Shown here piece after piece: positions 19,565 through 28,180 of a stretch of DNA of 64,000 bases. The position numbers and the translations under genes are program-made. This stretch comes from a virus. Under the pieces are notes generated by a model. That model saw only the letters and a program-made list of their open reading frames with translations. It was not told where the DNA came from and did not search any database. Where the stretch lies: IMG/VR virus record IMGVR_UViG_3300030060_002738, positions 1 through 64,000 of that record; one strand, written 5' to 3'. The first letter of the stretch is position 1. Every line of letters starts with the position of its first letter.

Positions 19565-19959
19565 CAGACAAGCCCCTTCATCTTGAGTATCTTCTCAAGT
19601 CCTTCGGCTCTCAGATGTTCTTTCTCTGTTATCATATTGAGAGACTTGTTGAATGTCTCCCAATCATTGTTTGTGATTAGTTTACTGTCCATCATCTCTA
19701 CTAGTCTAGTTAGGTTATCCAACCCACTGATAACTAGTATTGGTTTTGGTCTTCCACTATGTTCCTTGTCTTTGTAGTTAGACTCGATTTCATGTTGTAG
19801 TAGTGAACGCTTGATACCCCAAAGGAAAGTACCTTCACCTCGTATGCAAACTCTTAGCCTAACACGATAGCCTAACTTTGACTTACTACTGTTAACTATG
19901 TTCACTTCAGGGTTGCCTATTGAGATAAGAATCCCATTCAACACATCCCTGCCATACAT
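19564..19959 (-). CDS. Single-domain LAGLIDADG-fold protein, probably catalytically inactive
   Basis: VLNGILISIG helix, GYRVRLRVCI strand, KEHL..EGLEKI tail; no acidic residue in the LAGLIDADG helix. Confidence 0.6.
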   Translation of the reverse strand: MYGRDVLNGILISIGNPEVNIVNSSKSKLGYRVRLRVCIRGEGTFLWGIKRSLLQHEIESNYKDKEHSGRPKPILVISGLDNLTRLVEMMDSKLITNNDWETFNKSLNMITEKEHLRAEGLEKILKMKGLV

Positions 19960-19980
19960 GGCACTGCGACATCACAAGAG

Positions 19981-21528
19981 TCAATATATGTTGCTACACA
20001 ATTCCTCTACGTCATCAAGAGTATTGCAGTCAGCAGGATACTTGTCATCTCTTATTCTGACTATCCTTGGAAATCTCATTCCATAAGTTCCATCTTGATT
20101 CTGACTAATTAAGTCACAAGTGACCTCAAGGACTATTCTAGGCAAGAAGTGGTATGTCCCTCCATTGAAACCATCAACTATTCTTTTCAACTGAGTATCT
20201 AGTGAGTACATCTCTTCCTCTGATATACCACTACCAACCTTACCGATGTTCACATAGTCTGAACCATCTCTAACACTAACACCGTATGTGCCTATCACAC
20301 CTGCTCTCTTTCCCTTTCCATATTCACCTGATGTTATAACAACATCAAGTTCTACTCTTGGTGGTTTGTACTTCAGTAGTGCAACTGTTCTCTTAGACTC
20401 GTACCGTGCATTCAAGTCCTTTATCATCACACCCTCAAAACCACTATTGATTGCTACATTGTAAGCAGCCTCAACATTCCCATGTGTAAACGCCTGAGCA
20501 ACATACTCGGATGGTACAATCGTTTCTAGATACTCTAGCCTGTCGCCATATGTGTCACTGAGTATTGATTGTCCCTGATATAGAAGACAGTCAAACACCA
20601 CTAGTTGAACAGGACACTTGGATATTGCTAGTTGCTTATCCTTTGAATGCACTCTAGTTGCTAATGTCTGATGCGGAGCAGGAGTTCCATCGTTTGTTAT
20701 TGGGTATATCTCAGTATCCAGTATGAAGTTGTTAGACTCCCACTGACTTATAATCGCTACAATATCAGCATACTGCTCTGTGACAATCTTTCCCTTGCGA
20801 TTGAAGATGATAACATCAGTATCCTTCTTGTGTATCTGATACCTATTACCATCATACTTGATATCCATAACGAACTGCTCAGGAAGTTTGCCTAAGTATT
20901 TCTTAGCAAGCATTGGCTTTACAAAGTTACCATGCACCAACTCAGGTGGTTCTAGGTCATTCTCTAGATAGTCAACTAGACTGGTTAGAGAGTGTCCTAC
21001 TGAATACCTCTTGATGTCTCTTTGATAATAGTCAGTCATGGCCTTCTCGACAGTGCTTTTGTTGACACCGTTTCTAGGAGTTCTCAACCAATAGCGGATA
21101 AACCACTTTACTTCTAAAGCAGACATTCTTCCTATTGCATCTCTAATCGTCTCATAACTACCACTGTTGCTCATCGATGAACAATCTAGTTCCAGTAGCC
21201 TTACCATGTCTGAAAGAGAGAAGGTTGAATCAGGTCTATTCGCACTCAGAAACTCTTTCATTCCTTCTCCTAAGTCCATCCAACTATGAGCAGCATCTGC
21301 TATCTCATCCTCAAACACACCTAGAATCTTAGCCATCCACTTGATAGCCTTCTTCTCGCCTATGTTATTCATCTCATACTCAAGTGACAGTATCTTAATC
21401 GCTGCCTTTCTATCCTCAAAGTGAGATAAGGTAGCACAAATCCTGTGTCTCTTTTCTGATGGTGTTCTGTCCTCTAAGGATTCACACATCCTGCTCATTC
21501 GTATCATTGTCATTTTTATTCCTCTCAA
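19981..21528 (-). CDS. lig: ATP-dependent DNA ligase (replication module)
   Basis: KPMLA, KYDG, LDTEI, FDCL, EGVMIK, LKYK, RFPR..R.R.DK. Confidence 0.95.
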   Translation of the reverse strand: MRGIKMTMIRMSRMCESLEDRTPSEKRHRICATLSHFEDRKAAIKILSLEYEMNNIGEKKAIKWMAKILGVFEDEIADAAHSWMDLGEGMKEFLSANRPDSTFSLSDMVRLLELDCSSMSNSGSYETIRDAIGRMSALEVKWFIRYWLRTPRNGVNKSTVEKAMTDYYQRDIKRYSVGHSLTSLVDYLENDLEPPELVHGNFVKPMLAKKYLGKLPEQFVMDIKYDGNRYQIHKKDTDVIIFNRKGKIVTEQYADIVAIISQWESNNFILDTEIYPITNDGTPAPHQTLATRVHSKDKQLAISKCPVQLVVFDCLLYQGQSILSDTYGDRLEYLETIVPSEYVAQAFTHGNVEAAYNVAINSGFEGVMIKDLNARYESKRTVALLKYKPPRVELDVVITSGEYGKGKRAGVIGTYGVSVRDGSDYVNIGKVGSGISEEEMYSLDTQLKRIVDGFNGGTYHFLPRIVLEVTCDLISQNQDGTYGMRFPRIVRIRDDKYPADCNTLDDVEELCSNIY

Positions 21529-21784
21529 TTATCTTATTCAGTGCCTTAGCGACATCTTTCATTTCTTCTATATTCATTCTAACGCCTTTCTTTGTTGGTG
21601 TTCCGTTAGCATACCAACGAATGTCAACGATGTCAACATTCCAATAATTACCTGTTCTCACTGTTAATTCTTCATTCCCGTTTCTTGGGACTCTTACTAT
21701 TATTTTTTCACCCTTCAAGCCAACCACCCTTAAACTGCTGTAAGTTCTTCCACGACTTAAAGTATCGTGGAGACTCTTGTTCAT
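21482..21784 (-). CDS. PC4-like ssDNA-binding protein
   Basis: VDIRWY...PTKKGV motif; the true start is probably downstream. Confidence 0.7.
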   Translation of the reverse strand: MNKSLHDTLSRGRTYSSLRVVGLKGEKIIVRVPRNGNEELTVRTGNYWNVDIVDIRWYANGTPTKKGVRMNIEEMKDVAKALNKIIERNKNDNDTNEQDV

Positions 21785-22121
21785 CTATTCTGTGTGCTAC
21801 CCATACAACACCACCAAGACTGCTAATCTTAACCAACTCGTATGTTTTCCCTTCAACTTCAAACATGTCTTCTGTCTCTATATCAGGAACTAGACCAAAC
21901 TTTTGAGATAATTCATTTGCTATTTCATCCATGTGTTCAGCAATGTATTGAACGATTAGATGTCGTTGTATTGGCACTTTAGCATCAACTGTGACCTTTA
22001 TCTTACCTGACATCTCACATACTACACACTTGTTGCCTAAACAAATAGGACATTCTATCTCAGCAGGTAGCGGAGCAGGAAAGCGAATAGTCACTGCTTT
22101 CTTCATTGTCTGCCATCCCAT
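21708..22121 (-). CDS. Hypothetical protein with CxxC...CxxC..G Zn motif
   Basis: CPICLGNKCVVCEMSG. Confidence 0.6.
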   Translation of the reverse strand: MGWQTMKKAVTIRFPAPLPAEIECPICLGNKCVVCEMSGKIKVTVDAKVPIQRHLIVQYIAEHMDEIANELSQKFGLVPDIETEDMFEVEGKTYELVKISSLGGVVWVAHRIDEQESPRYFKSWKNLQQFKGGWLEG

Positions 22122-22624
22122 ACTCTGTATATCAGTTCATATTCAACTGTTACATCGAATGGGAACGATGCGAAGTGCAACGTTGCATTACCAAACTCAG
22201 GAGCAAAACCACTTGACCAATATTTATCCTCTTGAACCAAGTAGCCTTGCCAACCTACCCAACTGTAATTACTGAATATGACAGAGTTATTCACTACCTC
22301 AAAGGATAGGTGTGTTATATTGTATGTGAGGGATTGGAGTTCAATTGCTCCATAACTAGTGTTAACATCTACCCAAATTGTAGGGGCGTGTATGAATGAT
22401 TCATTACTAGTATTATCCATAACAAGAGTGAACTCTCCTGTCATAGACACCCAATCTGCTTGTGCTGTCTGTCCTTCAAACTCCTCTTCCGGTGGGCTAG
22501 GTAATCCATCTGTGCATCCTGCTAGGAGTGCTACTGCTATCATCAAAACTATTGCTTTACTGATGCTGGTCTTCATCGTCATCATCCTCTCGCAAACACA
22601 GGAAGGATAAATAAGTTGCTTCAC
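22103..22624 (-). CDS. Putative lipoprotein
   Basis: Signal-like segment ending in lipobox LLAG|C. Confidence 0.65.
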   Translation of the reverse strand: MKQLIYPSCVCERMMTMKTSISKAIVLMIAVALLAGCTDGLPSPPEEEFEGQTAQADWVSMTGEFTLVMDNTSNESFIHAPTIWVDVNTSYGAIELQSLTYNITHLSFEVVNNSVIFSNYSWVGWQGYLVQEDKYWSSGFAPEFGNATLHFASFPFDVTVEYELIYRVWDGRQ

Positions 22625-22710
22625 TCAAAGGAAAACCCAAACTCTGTTAGTTTGGACTGTCTATGTCCGAATCCAGTAAAGCCAAACTCCGGTAATCTTG
22701 TCTGTCTCAT
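22621..22710 (-). CDS. 29-aa tandem PIP-box-like micropeptide
   Basis: MRQTRLPEFGFTGFGHRQSKLTEFGFSFE; GGAGG SD, ATGA overlap upstream and GTGA overlap downstream. Confidence 0.65.
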   Translation of the reverse strand: MRQTRLPEFGFTGFGHRQSKLTEFGFSFE

Positions 22711-22841
22711 TGTTCATCCTCCATCATTTCCATAACTGCTAAACCAGTTAACACCTTTGTCTGTATCGTAAGTAACTCGATTATCTCATCTAGTTTTCTT
22801 TCGACTGCTCTTGCATGTCTATCATATCTTCCATTCTTCAT
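22707..22841 (-). CDS. Small helical protein (44 aa)
   Basis: Manually translated; fills the gap, and its stop overlaps the next ATG. Confidence 0.5.
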   Translation of the reverse strand: MKNGRYDRHARAVERKLDEIIELLTIQTKVLTGLAVMEMMEDEQ

Positions 22842-23082
22842 TCTTATCCCCCGCTATTCCTAATTCATCTTTCAGTTGCTCTACATGGTCTTTCAGCCAT
22901 CTCAAAGCACCTTTTGCTTGCATTCCATCTGTCAGTGCATCCTCATCTTTCAACGCACTATCCATTATGGAAATGGCTAACTGTAAACCACTTAGTTTAC
23001 CAGCCATATGACCACCTTGGTAGCCATCCATAAATGAGTTACTGAAGTATTTCAGCGAATCTCCATTATATCTTCTCTTCAT
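22822..23082 (-). CDS. Hypothetical protein
   Basis: Overlapping ORF in operon. Confidence 0.55.
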   Translation of the reverse strand: MKRRYNGDSLKYFSNSFMDGYQGGHMAGKLSGLQLAISIMDSALKDEDALTDGMQAKGALRWLKDHVEQLKDELGIAGDKNEEWKI

Positions 23083-23468
23083 ACTTGTTGCCCCCTTACA
23101 ATTACAATTATCTCTTTATGTGGAAAGAGACTTTTCATTACACTCTTGGCGTTCTTGATTGCTCTTCTCATATCCTTGTTGAACAAAACAAGACCATGCC
23201 ATGTTCCTGCAATTGTAATACCGATGAAGTTAGGTCTTTCAATACCGTTAGATGACCAACCTGACCAACCTGCCTCGTATTTTTGCCATTCTTTACCTTG
23301 ACCTTCACCCCATGACTCAGGGTTTTCATAACCATGAGATATTCTCTCTATTGTACCCTCTGCTAATGCCTCTTGTATTGTTTCTTCAATCGCAAAATCT
23401 TTCACGGCATTTCTTACATTCCTGTCGGGGTATTCAACACCCACATACACCATTGTTGGGTCACTCAT
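23079..23468 (-). CDS. Hypothetical protein
   Basis: ATGA-coupled ORF. Confidence 0.6.
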   Translation of the reverse strand: MSDPTMVYVGVEYPDRNVRNAVKDFAIEETIQEALAEGTIERISHGYENPESWGEGQGKEWQKYEAGWSGWSSNGIERPNFIGITIAGTWHGLVLFNKDMRRAIKNAKSVMKSLFPHKEIIVIVRGQQV

Positions 23469-23710
23469 TCTTTCACCACCGACTTAGGGAAGAATACATC
23501 TTCCCAAACTGTCATCTGTGCTTCTGTCATCTTGGTGGTGAGGGTAGTACCACTTCGTAGATGTATTTCCACTTCGTAGGTATTCTTCTTCAGCATACCT
23601 TCTTGTATCTCAACGACTGAATAGGCAGAAACCTCTGCCATATTCAATGTCGTTTGTGCTACTTCACCATCCACATATGTCGTTGTTATTTTGTAAAATC
23701 TTTCTTTCAT
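23465..23710 (-). CDS. Hypothetical protein
   Basis: ATGA-coupled ORF. Confidence 0.6.
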   Translation of the reverse strand: MKERFYKITTTYVDGEVAQTTLNMAEVSAYSVVEIQEGMLKKNTYEVEIHLRSGTTLTTKMTEAQMTVWEDVFFPKSVVKE

Positions 23711-24519
23711 TCGTTTTCCTCCTGTTCTCGTAATCTGCTAAGATGTACTTCCTTTGCTCTCTTTGTCCATGCCGTTGTTAACTCACCATGCTCATCGAAG
23801 ATTAGATTTGATTCAGGCCCACCATTCGCTATTCTCCTGTTAGTTCTCTGAGTAGGGTTGTCATCCTTACATGCTAGACAATACGGTTGATTCGCTAACC
23901 TTCTTCTGTTGATAGTGTGGCAACATGAAGAGCGATGTGGCCCTTTTGCGTTCTTGTTGCCCTTGGTCTTCCTCTCCTCTGCGTAGTTGTCACTCCACAT
24001 TTGCCAAAGGTCAGTCTTCATGTACCACTTAGCCCAATACTCGTTGTCTGTCTGCCACTCACGCAATAGGTACAACGAGCCATCGATGTGCCTGACGACT
24101 GAGAAACTGATTCCTATCATATCCTTGTCTTCTACTTCCACAACTCTTCCTATCGCTGTCTCTCTAGCGAGTTTGTTAGCATATCTTTGCTCCGCAGACA
24201 CTGGAACGTGAACTGGCTTTGTCAAGCCTCCTGCTCTTATCTCAGGTCTCACTGGAACAGCGTCTTTCTTCCTGCGTCTCTTAGTCTCCTTCTCATCACG
24301 ATGTTTTTTCACTTTCTCTTCAGTGTTCTTAACTTCCTCAATCTTAGCCTTCGGTAATGTCACGTTAGTCTGTGGTACTGCCGATACGCCTAATCCTGAA
24401 TACACATCGTATCTAAGATGCTCACCAAGTAGGTAAACACTCTCAATGTCCTTGCAATTTATTAGTATGTCTTTTCCTTCTTTTATCTCAAATGCCCAAT
24501 ATTTCATTGTCATCACCAT
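23707..24519 (-). CDS. Hypothetical basic protein with Cys/His cluster
   Basis: 270-aa ORF; HRSSCCH...YCLAC. Confidence 0.6.
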   Translation of the reverse strand: MVMTMKYWAFEIKEGKDILINCKDIESVYLLGEHLRYDVYSGLGVSAVPQTNVTLPKAKIEEVKNTEEKVKKHRDEKETKRRRKKDAVPVRPEIRAGGLTKPVHVPVSAEQRYANKLARETAIGRVVEVEDKDMIGISFSVVRHIDGSLYLLREWQTDNEYWAKWYMKTDLWQMWSDNYAEERKTKGNKNAKGPHRSSCCHTINRRRLANQPYCLACKDDNPTQRTNRRIANGGPESNLIFDEHGELTTAWTKRAKEVHLSRLREQEENE

Positions 24520-24554
24520 TATTATAATTATGATAGTATTTATAGTAACAAATA

Positions 24555-24962
24555 CTACTCTTCTTCTCCATGCAGGTAAACACCTGCCTTTATTTTGTCT
24601 AACATTTGTTGAGCAGAAGTAGGCTCATGATAGGAACTTCCCCAATAGGGGTCTAGTCTATCATCAGGAATCATATCCCAACTATCCGACATTGAATCCT
24701 CAAACGAAACGCTATCCACAAAGTCAGGATTCTTCAAAAGGAGAAGAGGCTCATGCCAATCTCCATCTTCCTGTGCTTGTTTGATTGCTTCATGCATCTC
24801 TTCTGCTTTATCATCAGGTAGTTCGACCCAATAGACCATAGCATGTCTCTGCCTGTTCAAACCTGCTCTCATTGAGATAGTCGCAGGAGCAGCACCTATC
24901 TCTTCGCATTCCATGAACGATTCTAATCCATGAGCATCTACTATTCCACAATAAGTCTTCAT
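24555..24962 (-). CDS. Hypothetical acidic protein
   Basis: ATGA-coupled to the JAB gene. Confidence 0.6.
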   Translation of the reverse strand: MKTYCGIVDAHGLESFMECEEIGAAPATISMRAGLNRQRHAMVYWVELPDDKAEEMHEAIKQAQEDGDWHEPLLLLKNPDFVDSVSFEDSMSDSWDMIPDDRLDPYWGSSYHEPTSAQQMLDKIKAGVYLHGEEE

Positions 24963-25507
24963 TCCTCTTCACCGCCCAATACACCTTCTGCTGCTTTGAC
25001 CCACTCAGGTTTAGAAGGCTCTTGTTGATATATCGCATACTGAACTCTCTTTGCTATCTCACTATTGCAATCGTAGCAGATAAACTGGTTATCTCCAAGA
25101 ACCGTTGCACTCTCCATCATTCCCTTCCATGAATGAATAGTCTTCCAATCAGTGCCACTGAAGAAAGCCTGTCCAAACGGATGTGTGTGTATCCAGCATT
25201 TCAGTGGTATCTTCATACCACCTAGTTGCTCCTCTTGGTCTTTGAAACTCACAAAGCCAAACGTTCCCACACTAACATACAAGTCATCCTTGGCATCAAC
25301 AATCACTTGTACCTCTCTAGGAGAATCGAATGCATTCAGAGACTTGTTCCATATCACTGTGTAGAACGCCTCTGTATGATTGTTTGGGAAAGGATACTCA
25401 AACGGTATCTTACTGAACACCGTCTTGATATCCTCAATCCAATTCTCATCTACTATCTCTAGTCCTTCTATTCCTTTATTTTCATATTCTGTTTCATCTG
25501 TTTTCAT
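24959..25507 (-). CDS. JAB/MPN+ metalloprotease (deubiquitinase-like)
   Basis: Catalytic E (PREVQV) plus WIHTHP...FFSGTD, i.e. E-xn-H-x-H-x7-S-x2-D. Confidence 0.85.
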   Translation of the reverse strand: MKTDETEYENKGIEGLEIVDENWIEDIKTVFSKIPFEYPFPNNHTEAFYTVIWNKSLNAFDSPREVQVIVDAKDDLYVSVGTFGFVSFKDQEEQLGGMKIPLKCWIHTHPFGQAFFSGTDWKTIHSWKGMMESATVLGDNQFICYDCNSEIAKRVQYAIYQQEPSKPEWVKAAEGVLGGEEE

Positions 25508-25509
25508 TT

Positions 25510-25752
25510 TTATATTCCTCCCATTTGTTCTACTCTCATGTCTTGTTCGTTCTCAAACTCATGGTATGCTCTGTGTCCTGCTATGAACCCACCAGCATGT
25601 CTTTTCGTTCCTAAGAACTCCTCACCACAAACTGGACAAACGACCTTTACAATCATCGCCTGTTTGTAGTATCCATCTGTCGATATTATCGTCAGCATAT
25701 TTCCTATGTCTTCTTCGCTTATGTCGTCTATGTTTGCATCTTCTTTACTCAT
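25510..25752 (-). CDS. C2H2 Zn-finger microprotein
   Basis: CPVCGEEF...HRAYH. Confidence 0.65.
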   Translation of the reverse strand: MSKEDANIDDISEEDIGNMLTIISTDGYYKQAMIVKVVCPVCGEEFLGTKRHAGGFIAGHRAYHEFENEQDMRVEQMGGI

Positions 25753-26033
25753 GTTTTCACCACCATGTAATGTCGAAGTGATTTGATTGGTCTTGGTGGG
25801 ACTAACCGAGGTTCTTCGACTACAACCTCTACTTCTTCTATTTCCTTCTGTACCTCTTTGATGTCCATTCCCTTTTGCATGGGAAGAAGTACACTCCTTC
25901 TATACTGTTCCTTCCACATCACTTGAATACAGTCATTGCATAACCTTCTGCTATCTGCCAAGTGTTCAGGAACAGGCTCATCCTCTTTACCACAAAGAGT
26001 CTTTCCTAAAATCGAGAAATGAATATACTTCAT
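25749..26033 (-). CDS. Small Zn-finger protein
   Basis: H...LCG...LCNDC. Confidence 0.55.
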   Translation of the reverse strand: MKYIHFSILGKTLCGKEDEPVPEHLADSRRLCNDCIQVMWKEQYRRSVLLPMQKGMDIKEVQKEIEEVEVVVEEPRLVPPRPIKSLRHYMVVKT

Positions 26034-26275
26034 TCCCCTTTCTCCTTGTATGCAGGATGCTTCTTCGGCAACCTGTGCAGTCTCTTCTCTATCTTGTTGT
26101 TAACAAATGATGCAATCTCATTAACACCATTCTTCCAACGCTTCTCTAACTCGCTATAATACTGGTCGCCTTTGTGTTGTAGCACCATCTTTTCTTCTAA
26201 TTCTGTTAAGTCTATTTTATCCATTATATATTTCAATACTTCATATTCAACATGTACCTTTGAACTCGCTCTCAT
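26030..26275 (-). CDS. Hypothetical protein
   Basis: ATGA-coupled ORF. Confidence 0.55.
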   Translation of the reverse strand: MRASSKVHVEYEVLKYIMDKIDLTELEEKMVLQHKGDQYYSELEKRWKNGVNEIASFVNNKIEKRLHRLPKKHPAYKEKGE

Positions 26276-26439
26276 TCATCTTCACCTCTACATTTTTTAC
26301 ATGATAGATTTGTTTTACATCTACCACAAATCACTAATGCATCCTTCAGTGGAAGAGCAGCACCTGCACTATTCATATGACCTAAGAAGGTCTCAATTGG
26401 ATAGTGACAGGAACACTCTTCACAATCGCATTCTTTCAT
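26272..26439 (-). CDS. Cys-rich microprotein (55 aa, 8 Cys and 2 His) coupled to E1
   Basis: MKECDCEECSCHYPIETFLGHMNSAGAALPLKDALVICGRCKTNLSCKKCRGEDE; ATGA overlaps at both ends. Confidence 0.6.
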   Translation of the reverse strand: MKECDCEECSCHYPIETFLGHMNSAGAALPLKDALVICGRCKTNLSCKKCRGEDE

Positions 26440-27041
26440 ATGTTTAACACCATCTTATCGATGACATCATCATTGTCGTTGAACCACTTCTGTATCCACT
26501 GTGACGCTACACCTGCAATCACGATGTTCATACAGTCAATTCCCTTTGGACTTCCATCCCAATCAGTCGCCTGACATGAGAAAGAACCCTCTTGACCAGC
26601 AAGAAAGGCATCCATGAGATTAGGGTCTATCTTGTAGGAAATTAATGCTGCATTTCGCCCCTGCGCTCGCAAATCTAGCCACTTAATCTTGGCTTCTGAC
26701 CCAAACCCCTGCCGATACAACAAACGCCTCACAGCAAGGTTATCCGCACAGCAGATTACCAAATGATAACCCTGTAACTGCTTCTCGGTTAGAACCCTGA
26801 ATGGCTCATCTCTTACTGTTCCACGATTATTAGTGTCGTAAACTTTGACAGCAAGAGTGGTTGCCTTGTTCTCCCCAATATCAGAGACATTAAAGTTCTG
26901 ATATCCTATGTTCTTTCTCTCAACACCATCGTCATCCCATAGTGTTATCTTGTATCCTAGTCTTTGGAGAAACTGAGTTAGAAAACTCCCTATTCCTCCT
27001 GCTCCAATTATCATTACTCTTCTATTTATCATTTTCATCAC
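26436..27041 (-). CDS. ThiF/MoeB/E1-family ubiquitin-like activating enzyme
   Basis: IIGAGGIGS, DDDGVERKNIGYQ, IGENKA, CCADN...RR, candidate catalytic Cys in SFSCQ. Confidence 0.85.
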   Translation of the reverse strand: MMKMINRRVMIIGAGGIGSFLTQFLQRLGYKITLWDDDGVERKNIGYQNFNVSDIGENKATTLAVKVYDTNNRGTVRDEPFRVLTEKQLQGYHLVICCADNLAVRRLLYRQGFGSEAKIKWLDLRAQGRNAALISYKIDPNLMDAFLAGQEGSFSCQATDWDGSPKGIDCMNIVIAGVASQWIQKWFNDNDDVIDKMVLNI

Positions 27042-27261
27042 CTATATCTATTATCCCATCTATTTGTTGTTGTTGATACTCATGCCAAGCATCGACTATC
27101 TCATGTGTTATTCCATCCATTGTCGCTCCGACAACGGAGATTGCGTCTTCTAGCACAGTTCTTCTTACTATATTCTTCAACTGTGGTAGACTTTCATACT
27201 CTTCAATGAACTTACTGAAGTGGTATTGCATTTTCTTTAGTGTGTCAATTACATCTTCCAT
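27022..27261 (-). CDS. Hypothetical protein
   Basis: 79-aa ORF between tfb and E1. Confidence 0.55.
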   Translation of the reverse strand: MEDVIDTLKKMQYHFSKFIEEYESLPQLKNIVRRTVLEDAISVVGATMDGITHEIVDAWHEYQQQQIDGIIDIGDENDK

Positions 27262-27262
27262 C

Positions 27263-28180
27263 TTAATACGCTCCTGCTACAAAATCACTCACCGATAGAC
27301 TACACATGTCTTCCTTAGTCAAACCGAAGACCTCACACAATGCATGAAGGCTTACTCTCACTCCACTCGTTGATGCTGAACTTCCTGATGCATCGACTAA
27401 CTCTGCCTGTGTGACTTTGATATTCTCCATCTTTCCTGCAACCCAAAGACTCGCTATGATTAGGTTAGGAGAGAGACGCATTTGCTTAACTTTGTAGCAC
27501 TGCTCTATATGTTTTATCAACCGCAGTGCTTTCATTCTATACTCAGGGTCAATTCTTCTGTGTGATTCCAGTCTATCTATGATAGATATTGCTTCAGCCA
27601 TGATATTTCTATGAGTAAAGACTGAAGCGTTTCTGAAATGCTTTGCAATCCTCTTTGCCCAACGTGAGACATACTTACTCTCAACATACGAGAATTTGCT
27701 GTGTGTCTTTAGATTGACAGGTATCTGACTCTCCTTTAGTATGTAATAAGTCAAGGATGCTGCTCTTTGCTCAACTGTGCATCCTCTTAACACATGCTCT
27801 TCTTTCAATGACTTCAGGTATGTCTCAACCTTGTCCATGATACTCTTACTTGCTTTGTAGTTTGACATAATCATCCTTGACCTCGTAATTGTCTCTCTAT
27901 CTGCTTCGGTAAGAGAAGATGCCCAAACGTGCTGTCTTTTCATACGGCTAAACTGTGAGTTAGTGGGAGAGTATTGCCGAGGATAGCCCATGTATGAACC
28001 AAGTCTGTTTGTCACCTCATGTGTCTGTTGACCATCTCTGATTATAGATGTGGTCTCTTCAAACGGCCTGTGGTATAGAACTAAACCGCAGTCTCGACAT
28101 ATCATCTCGCCTATTGCATCGTTGAAGTAACTACTTTCACACTCACATTCGGGACACTTCATGTGCGCTTCTACTTCCAT
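27263..28180 (-). CDS. tfb: Transcription factor B (TFIIB-like)
   Basis: N-terminal Zn ribbon CPEC...GEMICRDCGLVL, followed by two cyclin-like repeats (LRG...AASLTY; P...IASLW...TQAEL). Confidence 0.8.
   Translation of the reverse strand: MEVEAHMKCPECECESSYFNDAIGEMICRDCGLVLYHRPFEETTSIIRDGQQTHEVTNRLGSYMGYPRQYSPTNSQFSRMKRQHVWASSLTEADRETITRSRMIMSNYKASKSIMDKVETYLKSLKEEHVLRGCTVEQRAASLTYYILKESQIPVNLKTHSKFSYVESKYVSRWAKRIAKHFRNASVFTHRNIMAEAISIIDRLESHRRIDPEYRMKALRLIKHIEQCYKVKQMRLSPNLIIASLWVAGKMENIKVTQAELVDASGSSASTSGVRVSLHALCEVFGLTKEDMCSLSVSDFVAGAY

Noticed and set aside
14698-22121. MSWTTGKK (15561) and MGWQTMKK (22121) as further leader motifs
   Set aside because: They lack the hydrophobic-L-K pattern and lie in replication genes.
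25510-25752. Second Ubl-like C-terminus (MGG-I), also GG-EEE at the end of JAB
   Set aside because: The Gly-Gly codons coincide with the GGAGG/GGTGA Shine-Dalgarno of the next gene, and the protein is a C2H2 finger, not a beta-grasp.
26436-27041. ThiF/MoeB role in thiamine or molybdopterin synthesis
   Set aside because: No partner biosynthetic genes are present in the window; not fully excluded, since host enzymes could be used.
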